Source: Geosiphon pyriformis uo1
Lineage: Eukaryota > Fungi > Glomeromycota
Reading direction: 5' to 3'
DNA length: 64,000 nt
NCBI GenBank assembly: GCA_016748015.1
Contig: JAAOMT010000076.1
Span: 310,001 to 374,000, forward strand
The notes beneath the pieces are model-generated. The model was not told the origin of the DNA, made no database searches, and saw nothing but the letters and a program-made list of their open reading frames with translations. Shown here piece by piece: positions 38,177 through 51,444 of the stretch; within the stretch, counting starts at the first letter, position 1, and each line of letters begins with the position of its first letter. Both the position numbers and the translations under genes were made by a program.

Positions 38177-39176
38177 ATGAACACCAAGCGAAATCATATA
38201 ACGACTGCTTGCAATCATTGCCGAAGGCGTAAGGCTCGATGCCTCGGCAAACCTATATGTCAAAGATGTGTCAAATTTGGTCTTTCATGCGTCTTTATCC
38301 AACCAACTAGAAAACGAGGTCCACCAAAAACTACTGGCATTTGCCAAAAACAAACAAAATATTTTCAAAATGAGTCAATTTACACCTTACCCAGTAGCCT
38401 ACAAATCGCGTCTAACCTCGGAGAACCCCTTTGTAATCCTTCTTTATCCATAAAATGGCCTTTTTCAAATAATCGTCTTCGCTCCACCTTTCCTTTTCCT
38501 TCAGGAAATATTCCACTGAATTCATCCTGCCTTCGGAATTTTGGAGGAAATGTTTCAAAATTGCAATCGAATGTCCAAATGACTAAAGCTTTCCATGAAA
38601 AAGGTAATATTTCTGGTATTTTTAAGTTCTAATTGGTATTTCCTATTAACTAAAATCTGTCCTCTTTCATTGTCAGGTGGAGATCTTAATGGTTGTTATA
38701 AATCAATTGATTCTGATAATTTCTTTGTGAAATTTCAAAACTCGCAAGAACTCGATATGAATGCCTGGGATTGGTTCTTGCAACCCCGACCAACTGCTCT
38801 TAAAACCGAGAATTTTTTCGACGATTCGAAAAAATCCTTGGATTCCGATTTCAGCGAATCTTTTTATTCTACTGAAAGTGAATCTCCAGCATCCAGTCAA
38901 GAAATGCTTTCACCAACAACTTTTCAATTACCAAATCTTGATCAAATTCGTGCATCTAGCCAATTGATTACAGATAAAAGTGATACATTTCCTCGGCTTG
39001 CTAAGCCAAAAATTGAATTGGAAAACCAAATCTTCCCTTCAACTATAAATAATAATTTGGGTAATGATACAACCTTTTATCATCCGTATCATATCCAGTC
39101 CTTGCCATCATCACCTAGCTCAAATTTGCTGCCTTTCTATTATTCTGCAGCCACCGATATGACATTTCGGCAATAA
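38177..39176 (+). CDS. Zn(II)2Cys6 (GAL4-like) transcription factor, ~308 aa; exons 38177-38603 and 38677-39176
   Basis: ACNHCRRRKARCLGKPICQRCVKFGLSCVF..RKRGP. Phase-1 intron 38604-38676 (GTAATA...ACTAA...CAG) joins the two ORFs in frame. Confidence 0.9.
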
Positions 39177-42100
39177 TTCAAAAGTTTTCCAATTCAAAAA
39201 CTCTGCATCAACCAATTCTTCTGAATTTAAATCTCTTGAAATTTTTTTAGCTCATCGATTAATTACTCTTTTTGTTTTAAAAAATTTTTAGTCTGCTTCC
39301 TTTTCTTATTTTCGTTACCTTCGTTTCGATGATTTTTAATCATCAAGATTTCATCTTTTTTGGCTATTTTGAAATTTTTTTCGATTCTTCTTCATGCTAT
39401 TAGCGAGGTTTTATTGTTTAAAAACATTATGACAAGGGTACCCTTTTCATCTATGCCAATATTTCTATTTATTTTTATGCTTTCACACTTTGAAATACAT
39501 TTTTCAAAATCTTATTATTGTTGTTGTTTCATTCTTAGGTTTTTTTACGAGATTTATTAAATTTTAACTTTCTTCTGATATATAACCCTATTAATTCTTT
39601 TGTGTTTAAATTTACTCGTCGTTAAACACCCATTGATTCTATATTCGATCTTGTGTGTTTTCGTCATTCTATGCCTTTATATGTTTAATTTTTTAAATTT
39701 TATAAGAAAAAAAGCGGGATTTCAATTGTGATTGGCCCTCAAAATTGTAAATCTTGCCATAAAACTAAAAAAATTTTAAAATTGATAAAAAACAATTGTA
39801 AAAAATCAGTTTTTGAATATTACAGTTTCATAATAAATTCAAAATATCGAGATTTGGTAAATAACAGGGTAAATAACCCAAATTATACATGATATCATGT
39901 TTCTCATGATCTAATGATTTTCATTCTTTTAAGTGCTCCGTAGATTAAAATACCTTTTCTCTTTGTTTCACACTGTCTTTCGTTACCCATTCTGAATAGA
40001 AAGGTTCATGATTGAGGGTTATATTTGGCGTCAAAGTTTCTTTTTTGGGTTTTGTAAAACTAACGTGGAACCTAATTCATGAAAGAAATTTTAATTTTCC
40101 TATTCTTGGCAATAATCTTTTTAATTTAGGTTAGGAACATACCTATGAGTGCGAAGTTGGATTTCCTTGGTAAACTATCTCGATCATCTAAAATCAAGAT
40201 TTTATCAAGAACAAAAAAAAAAGGGGGATCCAGCATCTTTTTATTCTTTTTTTTGCTTAAGTCGCTAACATAGGCTGCACAAAATTTTATAAATCCCAGG
40301 ATTGCTTTTTAAAAGGATTCCGAAGTCATGATTTGTTACAGTGAGATGATTATATCAACTTTAGACTCTTACACCTGAATCTATGATTTTTGCTATCTCA
40401 AATGATTCTTGCATATAATCTATTTGATAATCGGCTCAAAATAGTGTAATTTTTGCTTAGACATACTTCTCACGCTAAAACAAAACTATTTGATCTAAGC
40501 TTTTGTGATTTCATTTTCTAAACCTTTCATCTCGTAAGCCAAAGAGAGCAATTATTTTTTGGTGAAACTTTGGGAAAGATGAGATAGGGACCAAGAATGA
40601 AACTTCTCATATTCGAGGAAGTTTACCTTATTATTTGGATAATATTAATTTTAGAACAGAGAATGAGTTGAAACATAAAAAAAACGATCAATCGCAATTA
40701 CTCGTCAAAGATTCGACTTTTGATTAAAATTACCTTCTTGAATTCGATTCTAATCGCTACGTAAAGCCAATAATATTATGATAATATCGAGGATTCTTAG
40801 AGTGATTTTTTTTTCAAATATCCAAAGCCTTGTGCTGCGTGTGTGACTTTGAATAATTAGGGAGAATATTTGATGAGGCAGGGAGATTTTTATTTGAATT
40901 TTGATAATAATAGAAATTAACAGTATAAAAATATGGCATGAGGAATACTTTAAAAAAAATTATTGAAAAACTTACTCATTAACACAGGGCACTCGAAAAT
41001 TATAATGAGAGGGACTAAAAAAAATTGGAAGTTAACTTTTTAAATATCAATAGTTTTTCTAAACCCAAGTCACAATATCAAACATGCCTTTAAAAATGGT
41101 AATCTGTTCTACTCCTCCTCAAACTCAATTGCTAATATGAAGGTTGAGAAACCTAAATATTGAGACGAGTAGTTAATATTTTATTGAAAGTAAAAATATT
41201 TCATATAAGAGATAAATTAAATATTCAATGTTACCAATATACTATTTTGATAAACTCCAATTGCAAATATTCCAAATACGATAACAGGACATTAAATCTG
41301 CAAAATGTAATTTTTTTTTACTCTTTTTATTACTGCTTCTGTCTGATCGGTTAACCCAATCTCGACATAAAATAGAAGGATCGTATTGGCCTTCGGGATT
41401 ATTCTTATGTGCCTTAATTAATCAGTACAATTATTTATACAATATCTTTGGATAAGTTCATACAGGATAATACAAAATCATAATCATTAATGAGAAAGAC
41501 ACATTAGGATAAATAAAGATAATTTTTAAAATGGTAATCATCCTATAAATTGCGAAATATTAAACTTTAAAAATATATCTATCTATTTCAAAGATAAAAC
41601 TGCAAATGAGAGTGATATTTTATCCAATAGGAACAATAGCCATATTTGAAGGAGATATAGCTGAAGTTTTTTAAAATCAGTCACTGAGTTTGTGATTCGG
41701 ATACATTTTGTCTACCATAGCATTTGATAATATATCTCGAATCATAATTATTTTATTAAAATTAATAGACATCAAAAAAGTTTCTTTTCACTGCTTTAAG
41801 TAAATATCAAATTGACAATGTCACAATTCTAAATAAAGTTCGGGAATTTTTTTTATATTCAAGGATTTTTCAGACTCTAATATATATAAAAATCTTCGTT
41901 TAGATAATATGAAATGCAATTTTTATATATAGATTAAAGATGACACTGCAAATGGATGCAACCTGGTTTCTATTAAAAGCCACAATTACCGTGACTCACA
42001 GAAGAAATAGAAAACCAGAGAAAAAACTTAAAATTTTCAAATTTTTTTTATTTAACAGTTGTATACAAAAAAAGGAGGTTTATCTTGATTGAATTATAGA

Positions 42101-45100
42101 TTATTTAACAATAGTTCTAAAATAAATATAATTAATCTTTGTTTGGTATTACGTTTCTCTTGACTAAAAGATTGTGGGATTTGTGTGAAAAAATTAAATT
42201 CTTATTATTTAGGTCTGATGGAAAGCAATATTGTTGGAAAAACCTGATAAACACCTTCAACAGGTTAACATATTATGTCAGTAGTCAAATTATGGTTGAA
42301 TAATGAATTTAATTGTTTAATAGCTAAAATTGATGAAAAATTGATGAAAAGATAATTGGAAAATATTATTGTCAATTTTTGGAAAATAATTTTTAGGCAT
42401 ACCTACATACTGCAATCTGAATAAATTTTTAATATTATAAGAATTAAAATGTAGTCAAAAGACCAAAGACTAGCTACACAAAAATATCATAAATGTATCT
42501 GATTAGCTACATAGTCTTTCGATTGAATCCAATAAAGTCTTTCTGGAACAAAATTAAAAGACATACTAGATTCCCCAATGTAATCAGAATCAAGAGTGAA
42601 TATAGAAAATGATAAAAAAACTTTTATAGCTATTAAATTTTAATTAAGGTTGAAATGTATTTCAAATTTTCCCTGTAAAATTGATGAAACAAAAGATATA
42701 ATTATCAAAAATAAGTATATTTATCTAATTTTTAATTCTTATACAAAAATTAATTTTATTTTTTTGTATTTGCTTCCTTTCCTGAGCTACGTGTCACATT
42801 AAAAATGCTGTCTAGATTCCAAATTGAATTTCTTAAAATCAAAATTGATTATTTAATTTGATTTCAAAGGGTTTTTGCTTGATTGCTTTCAAAACTTTTT
42901 AATAAAAAGCGTCAAGTTTGAGTACAATTAAATTAATATTTGAACATCCGATTTAATAAAAATGAGATTAATATTCAATGTTTTTATTTTCAAATTTTTC
43001 CACCGTTTATAGCCTATTTAGCGAATTTGGTGAAATATGAAATGTAATTACTGGAAGTAACAACTTGCTGTAATAGTAATTTTTTGTGTTTCAGAAAGTT
43101 TTGATTGTTCGAATTAAGAGAGAAGCAAAAATTTATAAATTTATCTATATTTAATATTTTGCTTGTCTTTAAATCTTTATTAATACTTTTAAAATTGTTT
43201 TTTGTGAAATAGTTTTTTTTAAAGTCCTAATTTTTAAGTGTCTTCAAATTAAACCGAATAAAATTTGTTTACTATTATTAAGCAAACTGGTAGATTGTGC
43301 CTCTAATATTCAGTATCAGTATTTACCAATAAAGATTTAAAATATTTTTCATACTTAAAATTTTTTTAAAAACAAAAAACTAAATTCCAAAAATTATTAT
43401 TATTATTTTCACAAGTTTAACAAAATATAGTTAATTAAAAAACTTTTTCAAATTTTCAATTGCATTTCAATTTGATTTTTAGCTATTTATCAATTATCAA
43501 CTTAATTAGACATTTACTATGAGGTTTCCAAGAAATTTAAAAGTTTTAGCAATCAAACTTACTGATAAATCAATTTTAATTAAAAACAAACATTTCATTA
43601 CTTAGAAAAACTTTACCACTATTTTTTGGTTTTAAAGTATTTTCGAAAAATTTAAAGCTATTTTTCGAGATACTGATAAAGTTTAAACTTTTTTCAATAA
43701 ATGAAATACCTTACATTTAAACTTTAAATATTAATATATTAAATTATTTCAAAATGAATTTTAAAATATTGGCGAAAATTTATTATTGGCAATAAAAAAT
43801 ATAACATGTTTAATTAAAATTACTTTTCAAATTTTTTGTTATAATAATCAACTTTTAAACAAAAGCAACAAATGTTTTTATTCAATTTCATTTTACTTTT
43901 TTATTTTCTATTTTAAAAATTGTATATTTTTTATTAAAATATTATGTAAATTTATAAGCTTTTAAAAAACAAAAAGTTTTTAAATTTTGAAACAAAATTA
44001 AAAATTAAGAATAAAGAAATATTTTAATATATTATAATTTACGATTGCGATATTAATTGATACTAAAATATTTGTGCGTCAAATTAATAATTATGGTTTT
44101 ATAAGAAATGGAGTTAATTTATAATATTTATTTTTAAGTATTTTGGCTATTTTACATATTATCTAATAAAAATTGTCGATTCTGAATCTGATTTTATTTC
44201 TATAACTATTTTTTTTTCAATTAGAAACTTTTATAATGAAATTTGCTTTGTAATACAATCTTAACCTAAAAATAATTTATTGATAAAACTCAAATTTAAA
44301 TTATTAGTATTTTGTTAAAGAATCAATTGATGTTTAGCTTACAAATTTTTCCAAGTATTAATTTTATAAATTTAAAACACAAATCTGATTTATTTTCCAA
44401 ATATTATAAATATTAGTTTAAAGAAAAATAAAGCTTAAATAAACAATTAAAAACATTAGTAAATCCCAAATTACTGCAATTATAAATTTTTTACTCGCTC
44501 TTATAATTATAATATTATTAATCATTAATTTTATAAATTTTTAAAACTTTACTTGCCAAATTCCATCTTAATTATAAATTTTTTATTAACATTACACATT
44601 TTTTGACTAAAAATAAAAAAAACTATTGTTGAAAAACTTCAAATTTAATCTTACAGCAATTAATGATAACATTGTTTTTGATTGTGATTTACAATTTTTG
44701 TTCTCAATTTTCCAGATTATTTACATTTTTTTTATTTACAAATTATATTCAAACAAAGCAATTAATTAAATTTTGAAACAATGTTTATGATTTTAAATTT
44801 TTTTTTTACATATAATTAAATTTAAATATATTAACTCGATAAACATTTTCATTAAAAAAAAGCACTATTTCTTGCATACTATATTTATTATTTGATTTCA
44901 TGAATAAATATTTTTAAATCATAATATATTATAATATTTGTTTATTCTTAATTCTTAGTTCAAACTTTGTTTGTTTCTAATTTGAAAACATTTTTATTTC
45001 TAATATAATATTATAATTATGTGATATTTTTGACTTAAAATAATAAAAATTTTAAGATTTTAAAAACATTTATTGTTATTCTTTAATTAAAATTTCCATT

Positions 45101-46255
45101 ACTATAAATATATGTAAAATAAACAAAATCAAACTGATAATTGCCTTTTGCCAGCTTAAATATTTTCTTTTATATCAATTGATGATTGATTAATTTTTTC
45201 ATTTAGGAAATTCGTATTAAAATGATAAGAAAAGAGTTTTTGGCAAAGGTAACAATGTCTGTAGCCAAAAAGCTTAATTTAAAGATACATGACGGAATAC
45301 ACATTAATTAAAAATGTTAGTTTTTTATAGTTTAATGAAAATAACTTTAATGTGATATATATATATATATATGTATATATATTGAAACTCTTAATTTTAT
45401 TGAATATTTGTAAAATTAAAAATATGATTTGAAAAATTTAGGCTGACTTTGATATACTACTTTCTGGGAATTGATTTTTTCATTTAAAGGCTTTTTTTTT
45501 AAAATTTGCAAATTCTTTAATGAAATTGAGCTTCGGTAAAAATCTTAAATGATAAATCAAAAATATTTATCCATAAATTTAGCTTAAATGATAAACCAAA
45601 AATATTTATTTATAAATTTAAAAAAAATAAAACGGAATAACAAAAAAGCAAGGACTCTCTGTTTATCCTATATGTATATCATAGTTTAGAAGTCCATTGG
45701 ATTTCGATTGATACTCTTTTTCACCAGCATAATTCACTTACACAACATACAATAAAGAAATTGGATGCACATGCGGTTTGGCCACTTATGAGTATGTGAA
45801 GGGGATGCCAAAATATATTTCAGGTAGGTTACATAATCAATTGTGAATATTTCAATAGTAGTTTGAAAACTATTGGTGGAAAATTCAAGTCTTTTTGTTT
45901 TATGTGGTGTTTTATAAAATAAAAATTAGACTGCACGACAGCTTAAAATAAATAAAAAAAGATTCAATCAATACCTTTCTTCGCCAGCTTTTATGCGGCA
46001 GATAGTAATTTATCCATTATTAATTAAAACGTTTTTAAACTTTAAGAAAAATGCCAGTGTTACAAAGTGTTTATGGAAATTAGATTTTAAAATTACTCTT
46101 CTATAAAAAAATCTAGAAATTAAAATTTTATTTACTGCAGGTTTTTCAAAACATTCTTTAAAAGTTTATTGTGTGTTAAAATAATATAAATGGTAAAAAA
46201 GGGTAATCTAAATTTAATGAAAAAAAATATGAAATAGTAATGAAAAGGGTGTTTT

Positions 46256-47920
46256 TTAAACTAAAACAGTTCTTCTAATTGGTACTTGTTTGAGAAACAA
46301 ACTAAAAACTACTGCAGAAAGAGCTACTATCGTTAATACATGAGTTACCATACTTAATGATTGAACGTAAGCATGTATAACATCTGCTTGTATATCAAAA
46401 GGTAATGATTTCATATAGTCAATTGAGTTCATCACCTCACTCAGTTTGATATTGGGAGGTAAAATTTCCAATAAATACTTTTGAAAAGAATTATTAAAAA
46501 TTGAACTTAAAATGGCAATTCCAAAAATTCCCCCAATTAACCGGAAAAAGCCGACAAGTGAGGTGACCAAAGCATGATCGATATGATCCACCGACGATTG
46601 TGCAGAGAGAACCGAGATTTCCATTGAACAACCAAAACCGGCACCAACAATTAAAAGTGCACAAATTTCTTTTCCTCGTACTGTCGTCTCATTGAAAGTT
46701 GTGATTGATGCTGCACCAAGACTAACCATTAAAAAACCCATTGTGATCCATGGCTTAAATTTACCTCTTAAAGTGGTGGCAAAGCCCGAGGAAACCGAGA
46801 AAATCGCTAAACCACAAGCTAAAGGAACTAATTGAAAACCTGCTTCCATCACATTTTCACCTTTTACCACTTGAAAATAAAGTGGCAAAAAATACATGAA
46901 TCCAAAAAAGGTAATTCCAATACAAAAACTTGACAAAAAAATAAGAAGTGAATTTCTTAATTTAAAAATGTGAATTTTGATTAATGGCTCCTCGGCAACT
47001 TTTAATTCGATCAGGATAAACAATAAAAAAAACATTAAGCTAAAAATAAATAATGAAATAATTGTAAATGATGACCAAGCGTAAAATATACCACCCCAAT
47101 TCAATGGTAACAAGGTTGAAACAACTGCAGCAATAAAGACGAATGTTCCCAGGTAATCAATGGCCAGGAGTTTTTCTTTTAAAAAACCATAAACATGAGG
47201 AAGTCTTAAGAATTTTTTTACGATCAAGATAGCTGAAAGACCAATTGGAATGTTTAAATAGAAAACCCATCGCCATGACGCGTGATCCGTAATAGAACCA
47301 CCAATCAGTGGACCAAGGATTGATGATAACGCATATGTAACAAGGGTGATTACTTGATATTTTCCATGTTCATTTGATGGGACAATATCCGTGAGGATAT
47401 CATTCACTAAAGATATTATCCCACCATTACCAATCCCAACTATAACTCGACTCAGAATGAATATGGGCATATTCATCGAAGCACTCGAGAAAATGGAGCC
47501 ACATAAAAATGTTGAGACTGAAAATAAAAAAGTATCCTTTCTACCAAATATTTTTGAAAATTTTCTATAGAGTGGTTGTAAGACGGTGGAACTAAGTAAA
47601 AATGCCGTTCCTATCCAAGGAAAATATGATAATGCGTGAAAATCTGAGGCAATTTTCGTCAAGCAAATTGACACAATTGCTTGATCTAGAGTGGTAAGGA
47701 AAAGTGCCAATGAAAGCCCAATTAATACCATGTTTCGTTTTCTATTTGTGACGAATATTTCTTGATTATTAAAACTTTCAATGGAATGTTCATTTATAAT
47801 AGGTGTCTCCTGATAATTTATTGAAGTTTGTTGAAAAGAAAAATAATTTACTAAATTATTTGATGATGAGCCTAATATTTCTCGTTCGTTCATATTAAGG
47901 TTGTTGGCATTAAAGGACAT
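46256..47920 (-). CDS. MFS drug:H+ antiporter-2 (DHA2/EmrB-QacA-like, about 14 TM) transporter
   Basis: Intronless ORF (first ATG 47920) with LALFLTTLDQAIV, GPLIGG..TDHASWRWVFYLNIPIG, YFLPLYFQVVKG, FFRLIGGIFGIAI. Confidence 0.92.
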   Translation of the reverse strand: MSFNANNLNMNEREILGSSSNNLVNYFSFQQTSINYQETPIINEHSIESFNNQEIFVTNRKRNMVLIGLSLALFLTTLDQAIVSICLTKIASDFHALSYFPWIGTAFLLSSTVLQPLYRKFSKIFGRKDTFLFSVSTFLCGSIFSSASMNMPIFILSRVIVGIGNGGIISLVNDILTDIVPSNEHGKYQVITLVTYALSSILGPLIGGSITDHASWRWVFYLNIPIGLSAILIVKKFLRLPHVYGFLKEKLLAIDYLGTFVFIAAVVSTLLPLNWGGIFYAWSSFTIISLFIFSLMFFLLFILIELKVAEEPLIKIHIFKLRNSLLIFLSSFCIGITFFGFMYFLPLYFQVVKGENVMEAGFQLVPLACGLAIFSVSSGFATTLRGKFKPWITMGFLMVSLGAASITTFNETTVRGKEICALLIVGAGFGCSMEISVLSAQSSVDHIDHALVTSLVGFFRLIGGIFGIAILSSIFNNSFQKYLLEILPPNIKLSEVMNSIDYMKSLPFDIQADVIHAYVQSLSMVTHVLTIVALSAVVFSLFLKQVPIRRTVLV

Positions 47921-48897
47921 TGATTGCAAAAGAATTTAACCTGACCTTTTAAAAATCCAAGTTTTTCTATGATGCGACTTTTGAAAGAAAATCTTTTATA
48001 TATACTGTATATATACCTCCTCCTAGATTTCAACGGATATATGCTTTTTGACTATTCCCAAAATAGCCTGTCGATTAAATAATTATCAAGATGATCATCA
48101 TCACCATCATCATCAATGAAATCAAAACGATGATAATCAGTTGCAATTGTACTTACTTAATTTGCTCGATAAAATTTTTTAATGGTTAAATGCGTTCCCC
48201 GACAAAGAATCATTTCAGGTACGACTAAGCCAAAAATGGATGATTCATGAACGCCATACAAGTAAATTTGGTAAATTTTAATCACAGGATCACGAATTTT
48301 AAAAGATGTGTTATTAACTCACAATGCATAAAATCTATTCAAAAAGACTAGGTTATTGAATATTCAGATAAAATATTAAAAATGGTGCTACCAATTTCTT
48401 TGAGAAAAATGATTATGATTAATATAGTTTTACAGTGATTAACTTTAATAAAATTTGAACAAAATTACAGTGAGGAAAAAGGTAAATGCCGCTGCATGTG
48501 GCATGAGGATATAAGCCCTATTGTAGTCGGAATAACAGAAAATTGAGAAATGAAATATATTTTATCTTTCAGAAATAAGATTTCATCGTATAAAATTAAT
48601 TTTAAATAAGCGTGGGAAGAATACTAACAGCTTTCAGCTTTGATACGGGGGTTAGATGGCTACAACAAAATTAATTAATAAAACTTTAATAAGAACAAAT
48701 AAAGATCTTCTATTTATGCTTGATGAGATAAATACAATATTTTCACACACAGGAATAATTTGAACTTCAAAAAAAGGAAATTTATCAATTAGAACAAGAG
48801 TTTTTTAAAATTGATTTTAAAAGGTTGAATTAATCGCTGACCATGAAGATAAAATAGTTTCGAGCTAAAAATATTTGCTTTCTTATTTGAAAGAATC

Positions 48898-48986
<89 letters not shown>
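48898..48986. repeat. (AAT)n microsatellite, about 29 units
   Basis: Longest perfect AAT run in the window. Confidence 0.95.
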
Positions 48987-49188
48987 TCTATAGCGTACTA
49001 ATCAGCTTTGAAGAGATTTTTTACTCGTAGAAAAAATTGCGTATGTAAAACTTCTTTCAAAATCGGATCGAACGCTATATTTCTTCTAGTTAAATAATAT
49101 AAGAATTTAGACGAGCAATTATATTTAAAACTGTGAATTAACTAATCGCATACTATGTAAAGAATTTATAGATTTCTTTGCTGATGAT

Positions 49189-49921
49189 TTATTTGACGTA
49201 AAAGAAACTTTGAAAAAAAATTGCATAATATAAAAGGTAAAAAATTAAAATTTTTTGGCCACAATTTACTGAATTTCGATCAATTTCTTTTAGCGTTGTA
49301 GAATTGCCATTTTCGTCAACTTGAAGACTTGAATTATTTTTGAAATCAAGTTGCATCGTTGAATTAGTAGAATTATCACTTTTATTGAGGTTCACCATAG
49401 ACGTCGGTTGGAGATTTGCAGAAATAGTGAAAAAAGCATTTGGATTAAAATTAGTTCCAACGCATTTAGTTGTACATAGCTCGAATTCCCGGTTACTGAA
49501 TGGATTATTGACATCTATGAGAATTATGAAAAGGTTTGTCAAACCCAGATTTGCCTTAAATAAAATGGAATGAAATTTAAAAGCTTATTTAGATTAATAC
49601 TTGTTTCTCGTTTACAACTAGCAAAGCATTCATCAGTTTTTTGAATTTGTAATGAAGAAGGATTTGGAACGCCAGCACAAAGAGAACGACAAGATAAATC
49701 GGTTGTTGCGCAATTATGCTGTTCAATGCATTGCTGAATTGATACTAAAGGAAAAAGAGGGATGTTAATTTTGATACATTTATACGGGAATCAGGAAGTT
49801 AATTAAACAAAAAATTGATAAAAAGATTTTTTTTATGAAAACCTATAGCTTTTTGTCCTGAAACAATCAAAATTAAAAAGAAAAAGAAGATTATATGGTT
49901 GTACATGATATTTTGATCCAT
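49189..49921 (-). CDS. Secreted Cys-rich, probably GPI-anchored surface protein, ~182 aa; exons 49921-49843, 49744-49601, 49514-49189
   Basis: Signal-like N-terminus (MDQNIMYNHIIFFFFLILIVSGQKAI), two phase-1 GT-AG introns, Cys domain QCIEQHNCATTDLSCRSLCAGVPNPSSLQIQKTDECFASC...LCTTKC, N/S/T-rich stalk with several NxS/T sites, and a hydrophobic C-terminal tail. The second donor site is the least certain. Confidence 0.75.
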
Positions 49922-50691
49922 TTCGAAAAAAAAGAATAGAATTGGGTCTTGATTAAAGTTTAGAAAAAGAAAAATGATTAAGGTGAAAAGCAGGAATGAA
50001 TTTAGTAGTTTTATAGAATTCTTTTTTTTTTTAATTTACATTTGGCTTATAATAACTTTATCATTCTAGTCGTTGATGGACATTTCTTTTCTAAAATGAA
50101 ATAACAAACAAAATTTAAATATGAATTTGATATAGTTTAATCAATCTCTTTTATTATATAATGGTCTTTTCCTTAAGGCTGAAAGGGACAAATTAAAATT
50201 TTAGCCTTCTCTTAGAGTTAACTCTCATAATTTTGAGGCAAAGATAAATTATGAACTTGGTTATTTGTTAAAAAGTTTTTCTATCATCCTTATTCTCGTT
50301 TAGTTAAAGCTTCCTATTTTTGAGCCATGACATATTCTTGCGAGTTCTCTGAAACTTTTCTAATGAGTCTCTGTTAATAAACATGATGTATTTCAATAAA
50401 ATGAAAATCATACATTTTTCTAAAAGCGAAAAGCCAAGGTTCAAAGTTATTTATACAGAAATCTTTGACGATAATAATAATAACAATAATAATAATGATT
50501 ACTCGATAAAATTTTATAAAATAACTCATGTGGCTAGCCTATAAAATTTACAGAATAATTCTTAAAAAAGCTAAAGAAAATTTTCTGGTGAAGTTGCGGC
50601 TGAAATTGGGTGGTCAATATTTGAGCGTAAATAGTTATAAACAGGTCTTTGTGGCTAGCTGCATCTCAATCCACTATTAAAAGTGGCTCCC

Positions 50692-50724
<33 letters not shown>
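50692..50724. repeat. (AAT)n microsatellite
   Basis: Perfect run. Confidence 0.9.
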
Positions 50725-51411
50725 GTATAATTGAAAAAAAATTATTTTAAAGTAGATCTAATAAACTCGACCAACTTGATGAAATCTAAAAAATATAATG
50801 TACTTTTCTTTAAAAAAATTTTATTTTCTACGGAGTGCAGAAAACTGAAAAATTTAGTACAAGGTTATATTTTTAAGTAAAATAAATTCTTTAAAACTAA
50901 TTGCTTATATAATTTTTTGGAATTATACTAGTTTATTCCGAAATCCTCTAAATTAGACAATTTACAGTTTAACTTTTGGATATCTAAATAAATTTAAAAG
51001 TTCAATAAGACTCGTTTATTTGGTTTATGATGTAGGATAGCGATAAAAGAGAAAATGTCGTTGAAACAACCCATTCATTAAAAAGTTTATATTTTTTTTT
51101 AGACCAATTTAAAATAATATTAGGATATGCCCATTTTCCTGCTTATGTTCCTTTCTCTCCCCCATGAAACATGCTGTTCTCAGATGGAAGTTCTATTTAA
51201 TATCTTTGACTTAGAGCTCGTTACAAAAATATTTCTTTCGATAAATTTTTTATTTAAAGTTATGGTTTTTTCAAAAAAAATATCTACTTTTAATTTGACA
51301 GCTTTTGATCAACCTTTGAGGCCGATTATTATATCTGTGTTCGTCCGAATTAAGTTTAATTATATTAACAAGTAATCTTAATTGTCAAAGTGAAGCATGA
51401 GACTATGAGAC

Positions 51412-51444
<33 letters not shown>
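51412..51444. repeat. (TAT)n microsatellite
   Basis: Perfect run. Confidence 0.9.

Noticed and set aside
42200-42260. P-loop-like VGKT remnant
   Set aside because: Too short, followed immediately by stops, and no other motifs.
45544-45620. 39-bp two-copy tandem repeat
   Set aside because: Simple local slippage duplication with no further structure.
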